IMG/VR virus record: IMGVR_UViG_2711768076_000013
DNA: 36,917 bases
Reading direction: 5' to 3' (one strand)
Source: a virus
Taxonomy: Duplodnaviria > Heunggongvirae > Uroviricota > Caudoviricetes
Positions 1 to 7,019 of this stretch are shown in pieces (position 1 is the first letter of the stretch; every line of letters starts with the position of its first letter). Below the pieces are notes generated by a model, which was not told where the DNA came from, did not search any database, and saw only the letters and a program-made list of their open reading frames with translations. The translations under genes and the position numbers were made by a program.

Positions 1-1032
1 TCAAAAACTTGCTATTGATGTTGGTAGTGTTGCCAGCGGATTAAACCGTAATGCAGTTTCCAGGTGATCCGGTGCCAGATGTGCGTAACGCATAGTCATT
101 TTTATATCGTGATGCCCGAGAATTTTTTGTAAGGCCAGGATATTTCCACCCGACATCATGAAGTGCGCCGCAAACGTATGGCGCAGAACGTGTGTCAGTT
201 GACCGCGAGGGAGCACGATAGACGTTTTTTCCATCACGGATAAAAATTGAAAATAGCAGTCTGTAAAGAAATTGAACCCATCAAGCGCCATGATCTCTTC
301 GTAAAGCTCTTTACTGATAGGGATGCTTCTGTTTTTCTTCCCCTTCGTTCTTACAAAGGTAATTCGGTATTTGGTCACCTGTGAGCGGGTAAGATTTACG
401 GCTTCACGCCAACGTGCGCCTGTGCTTAAGCATATCTTAACTACCAGTGCCAGAATTGGGTCCTGACGTTTGCAATCAGCCAGCAATTCAACAATCTGCT
501 CATGGGTAAGCCATGCCATCTCTTTTTCTGCGATGGTGAATTTTCGCATGTTCTCCAGTGGGTTTGGATACGACCATTCGCCCAGGCGGGATAGTTCGCT
601 AAAAACACTACTTAGATAGCTTTGCTCCAGGTTAATGGTGACCGGGCTGGCTCCTTTCTTCCATTTCTCGCTGAAGTAGATCTCACCTGTCAGGCGTTTA
701 TCTCGATAGTGGGCAAACATTTTAGAGGTGAGATCGGTTGCAAGGGGATTGCCCAGAGCGTCAACCATCAGCAGCAATTTGTCATAGACATGCTGCCCAG
801 CAGTCAGAGATTTACCATGTAGTTTGAACCATAGTTCAACCACGTCTTTCAGTGTTCGACGATCCACTGATTCACCCAGCCAGGGCTTTGCTTCGGTTTC
901 TTCCATCGTGTGGCGCTCAAAAGCCAGAGCTTCGCCTTTGGTGGCGAATTGTTTACGCACACGACGCCCACTGCGTCCGGCGGGGTAACATTCGCAAAGC
1001 CATTTTCCTGTGGTGAGTTTTCGTACTGCCAT
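1..1032 (-). CDS. int: Tyrosine site-specific integrase (P2/186 family)
   Basis: 343-aa ORF ending at window position 1; C-terminal catalytic region HVLRHTFAAHFMM...GHHDIKMTMRYAHL fits the R..HxxR..Y tyrosine recombinase pattern; sits next to the repressor as in P2/186 phages. Confidence 0.9.
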   Translation of the reverse strand: MAVRKLTTGKWLCECYPAGRSGRRVRKQFATKGEALAFERHTMEETEAKPWLGESVDRRTLKDVVELWFKLHGKSLTAGQHVYDKLLLMVDALGNPLATDLTSKMFAHYRDKRLTGEIYFSEKWKKGASPVTINLEQSYLSSVFSELSRLGEWSYPNPLENMRKFTIAEKEMAWLTHEQIVELLADCKRQDPILALVVKICLSTGARWREAVNLTRSQVTKYRITFVRTKGKKNRSIPISKELYEEIMALDGFNFFTDCYFQFLSVMEKTSIVLPRGQLTHVLRHTFAAHFMMSGGNILALQKILGHHDIKMTMRYAHLAPDHLETALRFNPLATLPTSIASF

Positions 1033-1110
1033 AAAAAATGCCCTCCAGTGGAGAGCATTTTTACTGTATGTATAACCAGTGTCAATGTATGATGCTTGAG
1101 GTTACATACA

Positions 1111-1482
1111 TCATAAGTACCGATATGATTGCGGGGCCGTTATGTTATCACCTAATGAACTTAGATGAAGCGGTTGATCATAGATTTTTAGATTGCCAAT
1201 TTCTATAGCAAAGGCTTTTTCTTTGCTATGAAAATATGAGTCAAAAAATTGTTTGCTGATACCTGCGTATTGGCTTGTTTTTTCCCATACAATACTTGGC
1301 TTGTCTTCTATAACATCTGCAATGTCAAATTCAGCAACAACTTTACCGACAGGCATTGTTGAATAAATAACCACAGATTTTACATCCGGTTTTTTGAAAA
1401 TTCCTTTTCGGAATTCAAATTTCTTTGTTCCATTAAGGATTTTTTCTACATGCTCTGGGTTAATTGACAATAATACTTTCAT
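1111..1482 (-). CDS. ASCH-domain (PUA-like) protein, last gene of cargo cassette
   Basis: Start taken at MKVLLSINPEHVEKILNGTKKFEFRK (the ORF track extends to 1494); this N-terminus resembles the ASCH fold of E. coli YqfB as recalled. AT-rich. Overlaps the stop of the upstream gene, so likely translationally coupled. Confidence 0.5.
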   Translation of the reverse strand: MKVLLSINPEHVEKILNGTKKFEFRKGIFKKPDVKSVVIYSTMPVGKVVAEFDIADVIEDKPSIVWEKTSQYAGISKQFFDSYFHSKEKAFAIEIGNLKIYDQPLHLSSLGDNITAPQSYRYL

Positions 1483-2530
1483 TGACGCCACCAAGTTTAA
1501 TAATGCTATTAAACTGTTCGTTTGTTAACTTCATGATCCCCCAGTAAGCTCGCGGGGATAATCCTACTTCAGAAATAAGTTTAGCACGATTTAGTCTTTT
1601 GGGCAAAGCAAGGTTATATGTAAAGCTTATAATATATGGGTATTTTTTTGTTCTATAAAAACTTTTAAGCTCAGATTCTGTAAAAACAGAATATCTAGAA
1701 CAGTAATTTAGAAATTCTTTCTCTGTAACGAAAGAGTTTATATTTCTAACTTTTTCTACTACACATAAAGAAGTAGCAACAGAACGGTAATATGCAGGCC
1801 CTTGATTATCGGATGTTCGGTATATAACGATTATATCGTTTGGCTTCATTAATTCAACATCTGACATGCCACAAATATATACTTTTCTAATGCTATTTGC
1901 ATATGATACATCAGCAACAACGTCTGGTGACTCTGTAATTAATTTTGAGTCAGGGAATAAACGAGTATGAAATACGGGGTATATTGAAAGCAAGAATTTA
2001 TTTTCACTGCCTCTGTTATTAATAAATGGATAATCTGACAGTATATCGCCAGTAAGAGCATTACTATTCATTTCTTTTATTAGTACTCGCTCTACACCAT
2101 TTTGAGATTCTTTTACTCCAATATCTATAAAGCCATAGATTTTGAATAGTCTAATTAAGTAGTCATGTTTTTCAAAAACAGTCACATATATATTGTTAGC
2201 ATTATTATCTAGAGCGTGATCGAATATTTTTTTTAAAAATCGTTGACCACGAAGAGTTCCTTTTGGATTAAATTTAAATGTTCCAACTTTTAGATGAATA
2301 CCATCAGGAATATTTGGTTTTGTATCTTCAATGATACCCACTTCTGTTTTTAGATACAAAAAACCATCAATTTTATTTTGTTCATCATAAAGGACATATG
2401 CATAATCATTTGATTTACATTTAGAATGGAACCAATCAATAAACCCATGAGCATAATCGGATTTTAAAGAGTCAAAAAAAACATCAGAAAAATCTACTTG
2501 ATTAAAAGGTATGTATTTTAAGTTTTCCAT
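1460..2530 (-). CDS. GNAT-like acetyltransferase-fold protein with extra C-terminal domain (cargo)
   Basis: 356-aa ORF. The segment NIYVTVFEKHDYLIRLFKIYGFIDIG resembles GNAT motif B and GTLRGQRFLKKIF lies where motif A would be. Very AT-rich. Start codon 2 nt from the stop of the upstream gene. Confidence 0.45.
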   Translation of the reverse strand: MENLKYIPFNQVDFSDVFFDSLKSDYAHGFIDWFHSKCKSNDYAYVLYDEQNKIDGFLYLKTEVGIIEDTKPNIPDGIHLKVGTFKFNPKGTLRGQRFLKKIFDHALDNNANNIYVTVFEKHDYLIRLFKIYGFIDIGVKESQNGVERVLIKEMNSNALTGDILSDYPFINNRGSENKFLLSIYPVFHTRLFPDSKLITESPDVVADVSYANSIRKVYICGMSDVELMKPNDIIVIYRTSDNQGPAYYRSVATSLCVVEKVRNINSFVTEKEFLNYCSRYSVFTESELKSFYRTKKYPYIISFTYNLALPKRLNRAKLISEVGLSPRAYWGIMKLTNEQFNSIIKLGGVNESIIVN

Positions 2531-2532
2531 GT

Positions 2533-3315
2533 TTACAATCCTATTTTAAAATCACATGATAAGCAAATTGATTTAGTTTTAGATATGACGGCGAGTGTTT
2601 TCCCCGGAGTTTGACAATTAGTACAAACATTCCAATTTTTCGGTTTTCCATCAATCTTATATATGTTGGCTAAAATATCATCTAAAGGAAAAAATGTTTT
2701 CATCATGTCTATAATGCTTGCTGCATAGTTTTTCTTTGCCTCGACTAATTTTTGTTCAGGCATGTTTTTATCATTTATCAAGCAATGAACCAGGTTATTA
2801 AGAGGCTCTTGATATATCTCCTCTCGAAAAATTAGAAATGCACTTAAAAAGTCTTTACGTATTTCTTTATTATTACTTTTACCTAAGTGAATTACTTTAT
2901 TTCTTTCTTTGCGCAAAATATCATAAATTTCATTAAAGCGCGGTGAAAGATTTCGCCCACTGATACTTTGTGCTATTCTATGTAGCTCGGTTGCGTCTAA
3001 TGTTGAACATTCGAAAAATGATTTGTTTTTATAGCAGTCTTTTACTTCTTTTAAAAGTAAATAAACACTATGCTCAGCAATTATAGACTTTAGATATATT
3101 TCAGCAGAATTAAAGAGTATTACCAAGCCAGATTGAAAGAAACTCTCTTTTTCGGATATTAAGCGTTTCAGTCGTTGTTCTTCTGTTTCAGGTTGAGCTG
3201 GGGCTTGCAATAACTCAATGTCAGAATAAAAATGTAAGTAGAATGTTTTAATGAAAAACTCAAGGTTCCTTTTGGCATAAAGAAGCATCTCTTCATTGTT
3301 AGGAAGGTCTGTCAT
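2533..3315 (-). CDS. Hypothetical protein with HEPN-like R-N-x3-H motif and C-terminal CxxC..CxxC zinc ribbon (cargo)
   Basis: 260-aa ORF. Contains ERNKVIH (Rx4H with N after R, as in HEPN RNases) and a C-terminal CTNCQ...CLSCD. AT-rich. Its ATG directly abuts the cI stop (TAAATG on the coding strand). Confidence 0.4.
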   Translation of the reverse strand: MTDLPNNEEMLLYAKRNLEFFIKTFYLHFYSDIELLQAPAQPETEEQRLKRLISEKESFFQSGLVILFNSAEIYLKSIIAEHSVYLLLKEVKDCYKNKSFFECSTLDATELHRIAQSISGRNLSPRFNEIYDILRKERNKVIHLGKSNNKEIRKDFLSAFLIFREEIYQEPLNNLVHCLINDKNMPEQKLVEAKKNYAASIIDMMKTFFPLDDILANIYKIDGKPKNWNVCTNCQTPGKTLAVISKTKSICLSCDFKIGL

Positions 3316-4272
3316 TTAAATATCCTTATATATACCAAAACATTTTGCTATTACATTAATATCCGCTAATAGACATTCAAAAGTTGTACTTTCATTAGAT
3401 ACTTTTACTTTTGCAATTGGAATTCTGGTTAGATCTCTAACACTAAATTTTCCTTCGATTTCAACTAACCATTTTCCATCGGTTACTTCATCAAATGCTT
3501 TGTCTGCAAGATATACATTTCCTTCATCTACTATAGATATGGGGTTTTTCACCTTGCTGGGTAACATGGTTTTATCAAAAGGGAGATAATTTGTATCAAA
3601 CAACATACCATTTATAACTTTTTTCCGTGTGATAGCAATAATATCGCTCTTAGCGTCTTCAAAGACAGGACCATTACCGGTTGTTAGCCACATTAATGAA
3701 GCTCCGGTTTCAAGTGCGCACTGGATGATCCAATCAGCTGGAAAGGTATCTCTCATGTAACGATTGGCTAATGTGCTTTTTGAAACACCAATGTGATCCG
3801 CTAGAGCTTGCCTTGTCTTAAATCCATAGGCGATAACTATTCGCTCGATTGCCGCTTTTCCTCCTTGATTAACCTCAATGAGGCTCTCGTTCTTTCGGTG
3901 AGTATTGTTCTCATTTGGGGATTTTGTGTCTAAAGTGAGAGAATGAATCTCCTTACCATCTTTATGGTGGTTCTGTTCTGTATTATGTGTGACAGCCTCT
4001 ACTGTGTTATCGGTACCAAATGCCAACCATTCAACCGACACGCCAGTTTCCATGCTGCAGATTATGACCCAGTCGGCAGGGAAGGTATCACGAGCATATC
4101 TGTTCGCCATTGTGCTTTGGGATATCCCTAAGTGGTTACAGAATGCTTGACGTGAAGTGAAGCCATAAGCTTTCAAAATTCGGTCAATGACCTGTTGCCC
4201 TCCACGATTCTGCATGATTACAGTTTTCATTGCATCATCAACATGGCGAAATGTGATTTTGTGTGTTGACAT
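3316..4272 (-). CDS. cI: CI-type immunity repressor with two tandem N-terminal HTH domains
   Basis: 318 aa. Two diverged copies of a phage CI-repressor HTH (ILKAYGFTSRQAFCNHLGISQSTMANRYARDTFPADW and IVIAYGFKTRQALADHIGVSKSTLANRYMRDTFPADW), then a C-terminal domain resembling phage 186 CI as recalled. Divergent from the apl-like gene. Confidence 0.8.
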   Translation of the reverse strand: MSTHKITFRHVDDAMKTVIMQNRGGQQVIDRILKAYGFTSRQAFCNHLGISQSTMANRYARDTFPADWVIICSMETGVSVEWLAFGTDNTVEAVTHNTEQNHHKDGKEIHSLTLDTKSPNENNTHRKNESLIEVNQGGKAAIERIVIAYGFKTRQALADHIGVSKSTLANRYMRDTFPADWIIQCALETGASLMWLTTGNGPVFEDAKSDIIAITRKKVINGMLFDTNYLPFDKTMLPSKVKNPISIVDEGNVYLADKAFDEVTDGKWLVEIEGKFSVRDLTRIPIAKVKVSNESTTFECLLADINVIAKCFGIYKDI

Positions 4273-4360
4273 ATCCGTTTTGTGATCCTATTCTCCGATT
4301 TGTGAAGTTGAAGTCACGATTAAAACCTGCTTATCACAAGACAATAGGAGATGTTGCATC
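4266..4360. promoter_or_regulatory. Lysis-lysogeny switch region (divergent/convergent promoters and operator repeats)
   Basis: TTGACA at 4266..4271 and TATTCT at 4289..4294 with 17-bp spacing. TTGTGA-type motifs occur at 4279..4285 and 4299..4305 (direct) and 4333..4339 (inverted). Lies between the cI start and the apl start. Confidence 0.4.
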
Positions 4361-4582
4361 ATGACCCCTAACATTTCAATAACTCTGAATACGCCACACG
4401 TCACAATTGAGCGTTATAGCGAACTTACTGGTCTTTCGATCGACACAATCAACGATATGCTGGCTGATGGTCGCATCCCTCGGCATCGTCTCCGTAAAGA
4501 CAAGAAAAGAGAAAAGGTAATGATCAACCTTGCTGCTCTTACCGTTGATGCACTGACTGATTGCAATGTTGTATTCAACTAG
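4361..4582 (+). CDS. Apl/Cox-like excisionase and transcriptional regulator
   Basis: 73-aa ORF with AGGAG 10 nt upstream; small basic protein in the position of 186 apl / P2 cox, first gene of the rightward early operon. Confidence 0.7.
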   Translation: MTPNISITLNTPHVTIERYSELTGLSIDTINDMLADGRIPRHRLRKDKKREKVMINLAALTVDALTDCNVVFN

Positions 4583-4614
4583 TTCCATTTTGAGATACAT
4601 CAGGGATGTCGACT

Positions 4615-5124
4615 ATGTTTGATTACCAAGTTTCCAAACATCCACATTTTGATGAAGCCTGTCGTGCATTCGCATTGCGCCACAACTTGGTGCAACTGGC
4701 AGAACGTGCAGGCATGAATGTGCAGATTCTGCGGAACAAGCTGAACCCAGCGCAACCTCATTTATTAACCGCACCAGATATCTGGCTGCTTACTGATCTG
4801 ACAGAAGACTCAACACTGGTAGATGGTTTTCTGGCACAGATTCATTGTCTGCCATGTGTACCGATTAATGAGGTGGCAAAAGAGAAACTGCCGCATTACG
4901 TCATGAGTGCAACCGCAGAGATCGGGCGTGTTGCTGCAGGTGCGGTATCCGGCGATGTAAAAACCAGTGCAGGTCGTCGTGATGCTATCAGCAGCATTAA
5001 CTCTGTAACACGACTGATGGCGCTGGCCGCTGTTTCATTGCAGGCCCGTTTACAGGCTAATCCTGCGATGGCGAGTGCAGTTGATACCGTGACTGGCCTC
5101 GGTGCTTCATTCGGTTTGCTGTGA
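4615..5124 (+). CDS. cII: CII-like lysogeny establishment activator (phage 186 CII family)
   Basis: N-terminus [45 protein letters not shown] matches phage 186 CII as recalled, and 169 aa is the same length. Start chosen at the second ATG (4615), which has an AGGGA Shine-Dalgarno. Confidence 0.75.
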   Translation: MFDYQVSKHPHFDEACRAFALRHNLVQLAERAGMNVQILRNKLNPAQPHLLTAPDIWLLTDLTEDSTLVDGFLAQIHCLPCVPINEVAKEKLPHYVMSATAEIGRVAAGAVSGDVKTSAGRRDAISSINSVTRLMALAAVSLQARLQANPAMASAVDTVTGLGASFGLL

Positions 5125-5131
5125 GGTGCTT

Positions 5132-5332
5132 ATGCTGACGAAAGAACCATCATTTGCATCGCTGCTGGTAAAACAAAGTCCGGCAATGCACTACGGTCAC
5201 GGCTGGATCATGGGTGAGGATGGTAAACGCTGGCATCCGTGCCGTTCACAAGATGAATTGCTGGCAGAACTATCTACGAAAAAACGGGGGAACAAATGGC
5301 TATTGAAGGCGCTGCGGCGACTGTTCCATTAA
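5132..5332 (+). CDS. Fil-like small protein (phage 186 Fil family, putative cell-division inhibitor)
   Basis: 66-aa ORF from ATG 5132 with GAGG upstream, immediately after cII; position matches 186 fil. Confidence 0.45.
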   Translation: MLTKEPSFASLLVKQSPAMHYGHGWIMGEDGKRWHPCRSQDELLAELSTKKRGNKWLLKALRRLFH

Positions 5333-5637
5333 GCCCCGGTGAACGCCTGAATGGACTTAATCATATTGCGGAGTTAAGGGCGAAAGTTTTTGGTCTTAAT
5401 ATTGAGTCAGAGCTTGAGCGGTTTATTAAAGATATGCGTGATCCACGGGATATTAATAGCGAACAAAATAAACGGGCACTGGCTGCCATATTCTTTATGG
5501 CAAAAATTCCAGCTGAACGTCATAGCATCAGCATTAATGAGCTGACCACTGACGAAAAGCGGGAGTTGATTAAAGCAATGAATCATTTTCGTGCAGTGGT
5601 GAGCTTATTTCCCAGACGGCTAACCATGCCGAATTAA
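5296..5637 (+). CDS. Hypothetical early-operon protein
   Basis: 113-aa ORF with GGGGG Shine-Dalgarno before ATG 5296; overlaps the end of the previous gene. Confidence 0.55.
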   Translation: MAIEGAAATVPLSPGERLNGLNHIAELRAKVFGLNIESELERFIKDMRDPRDINSEQNKRALAAIFFMAKIPAERHSISINELTTDEKRELIKAMNHFRAVVSLFPRRLTMPN

Positions 5638-5698
5638 CCAACTAATGAAATTAATGGCGTAAACCCGCCGGGCATCCATTTATCTAAATTCAGGAGAA

Positions 5699-5938
5699 TT
5701 GATTATGCGTAATATTGAAACCCTCACGACTAAAACCGGACCAGATGACGCAGGGCTTAATATTTTACTGACAGAGGCTCGTCTGGAAGAACGCCGGGCA
5801 AGGGCTGAAGCAATGGCAGCTCGCCTTGATAGCCTGGCGTGTCATATCTCATCCCGTCAGCTAAACCACGTGGAAGCGGCAGAACTGCTGCGTGTGACTG
5901 CTGAAGCAATCCAGAACGAAGCGCAGGAGATCCACTAA
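5699..5938 (+). CDS. Hypothetical early-operon protein
   Basis: 79-aa ORF preceded by AGGAG; its stop overlaps the next start (TAATG). Confidence 0.5.
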   Translation: MIMRNIETLTTKTGPDDAGLNILLTEARLEERRARAEAMAARLDSLACHISSRQLNHVEAAELLRVTAEAIQNEAQEIH

Positions 5939-6165
5939 TGGCTGATGCAATGGATCTCGTACAGCAGCGCGTTGAAGAAGAACGCCAGCGCCATATCCGT
6001 GCTGCCCGTGCCAAAACGCCGGGCGTGTCCCGCGTGCTTTGCGTTGAGTGTGAAGCGCCAATTCCGCCAGCACGCCGTCGTGCCATACCGGGTGTGCAGC
6101 TTTGCATTACCTGTCAGGAAATCGCAGAGCTGAAAGGCAAACATTACAACGGAGGTGCTGTATGA
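5938..6165 (+). CDS. TraR/DksA-family C4 zinc-finger protein
   Basis: 75 aa with CVECEAPIP...CITCQ, a C4 zinc-finger arrangement typical of phage TraR/DksA-like proteins. Confidence 0.65.
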   Translation: MADAMDLVQQRVEEERQRHIRAARAKTPGVSRVLCVECEAPIPPARRRAIPGVQLCITCQEIAELKGKHYNGGAV

Positions 6166-7019
6166 GCACCATCCTGAAATGGGCGGGAAATAAAACCGCC
6201 ATAATGTCCGAACTGAAAAAGCATCTTCCTGCTGGCCCGCGACTGGTTGAACCTTTCGCGGGTTCCTGTGCAGTGATGATGGAGACGGATTACCCCAGCT
6301 ATCTTGTTGCGGATATTAATCCTGATTTAATCAACCTCTATAAAAAGGTTGCTGCTGATTGTGAGGCGTTTATATCTCGTGCCAGAGCTTTATTTGAGGA
6401 CGCAAACAGGGAGGTGACTTATTACAACATAAGGCAGGAGTTTAATTACTCAACTGAAATTACTGATTTCATGAAAGCGGTATATTTCCTGTATCTCAAT
6501 CGTCACGGTTACCGTGGGTTATGTCGTTATAACAAGAGCGGGCATTTCAACATTCCATACGGTAATTATAAAAATCCGTATTTCCCTGAAAAAGAAATTC
6601 GCGCATTTGCAGAGAAAGCCCAGCGAGCAACGTTTATCTGCGCCAGCTTTGATGAAACGCTGGCGATGCTGCAGGTGGGGGATGTGGTGTATTGCGATCC
6701 GCCTTATGACGGTACGTTTTCCGGTTATCACACTGACGGCTTCACTGAAGATGACCAGTATCACCTGGCATCCGTTCTTGAACATCGGTCATCAGAAGGA
6801 CATCCGGTCATTGTTTCTAATAGTGACACATCCCTGATCCGTTCGCTGTATCGCAATTTCACTCACCACTACATCAAGGCAAAACGCAGCATTGGCGTGT
6901 CAGCTGGCGAGAGTAAATCTGCAACAGAAATCATCGCTGTTTCTGGGGCGCGCTGCTGGGTGGGATTTGATCCTTCGCGTGGCGTGGATAGTTCTGCCGT
7001 GTACGGAGTGCGTGCATGA
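6162..7019 (+). CDS. dam: DNA adenine methyltransferase (Dam-type)
   Basis: N-terminus ILKWAGNK plus the catalytic DPPY motif ([10 protein letters not shown]). Start ATG 6162 has GGAGG upstream and overlaps the previous stop (ATGA); its own stop overlaps the gene A start. Confidence 0.85.
   Translation: MSTILKWAGNKTAIMSELKKHLPAGPRLVEPFAGSCAVMMETDYPSYLVADINPDLINLYKKVAADCEAFISRARALFEDANREVTYYNIRQEFNYSTEITDFMKAVYFLYLNRHGYRGLCRYNKSGHFNIPYGNYKNPYFPEKEIRAFAEKAQRATFICASFDETLAMLQVGDVVYCDPPYDGTFSGYHTDGFTEDDQYHLASVLEHRSSEGHPVIVSNSDTSLIRSLYRNFTHHYIKAKRSIGVSAGESKSATEIIAVSGARCWVGFDPSRGVDSSAVYGVRA

Noticed and set aside
1033-1065. Palindromic sequence AATGCCCTCCAGTGGAGAGCATT immediately upstream of int, considered as a terminator between cargo and int
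   Set aside because: On the minus strand the stem contains the GGAGGG Shine-Dalgarno of int, positioned 6 to 12 nt before the start codon. More likely a ribosome-binding region with incidental symmetry than a terminator.
4376-4600. 74-aa minus-strand ORF antisense to the apl/cox-like gene
   Set aside because: Contained antisense within a well-positioned early gene in the switch region; no start signals.
5757-6107. Minus-strand ORFs (116, 70 and 69 aa) overlapping the early-operon genes
   Set aside because: Antisense to coupled plus-strand genes with good start contexts; no independent support.
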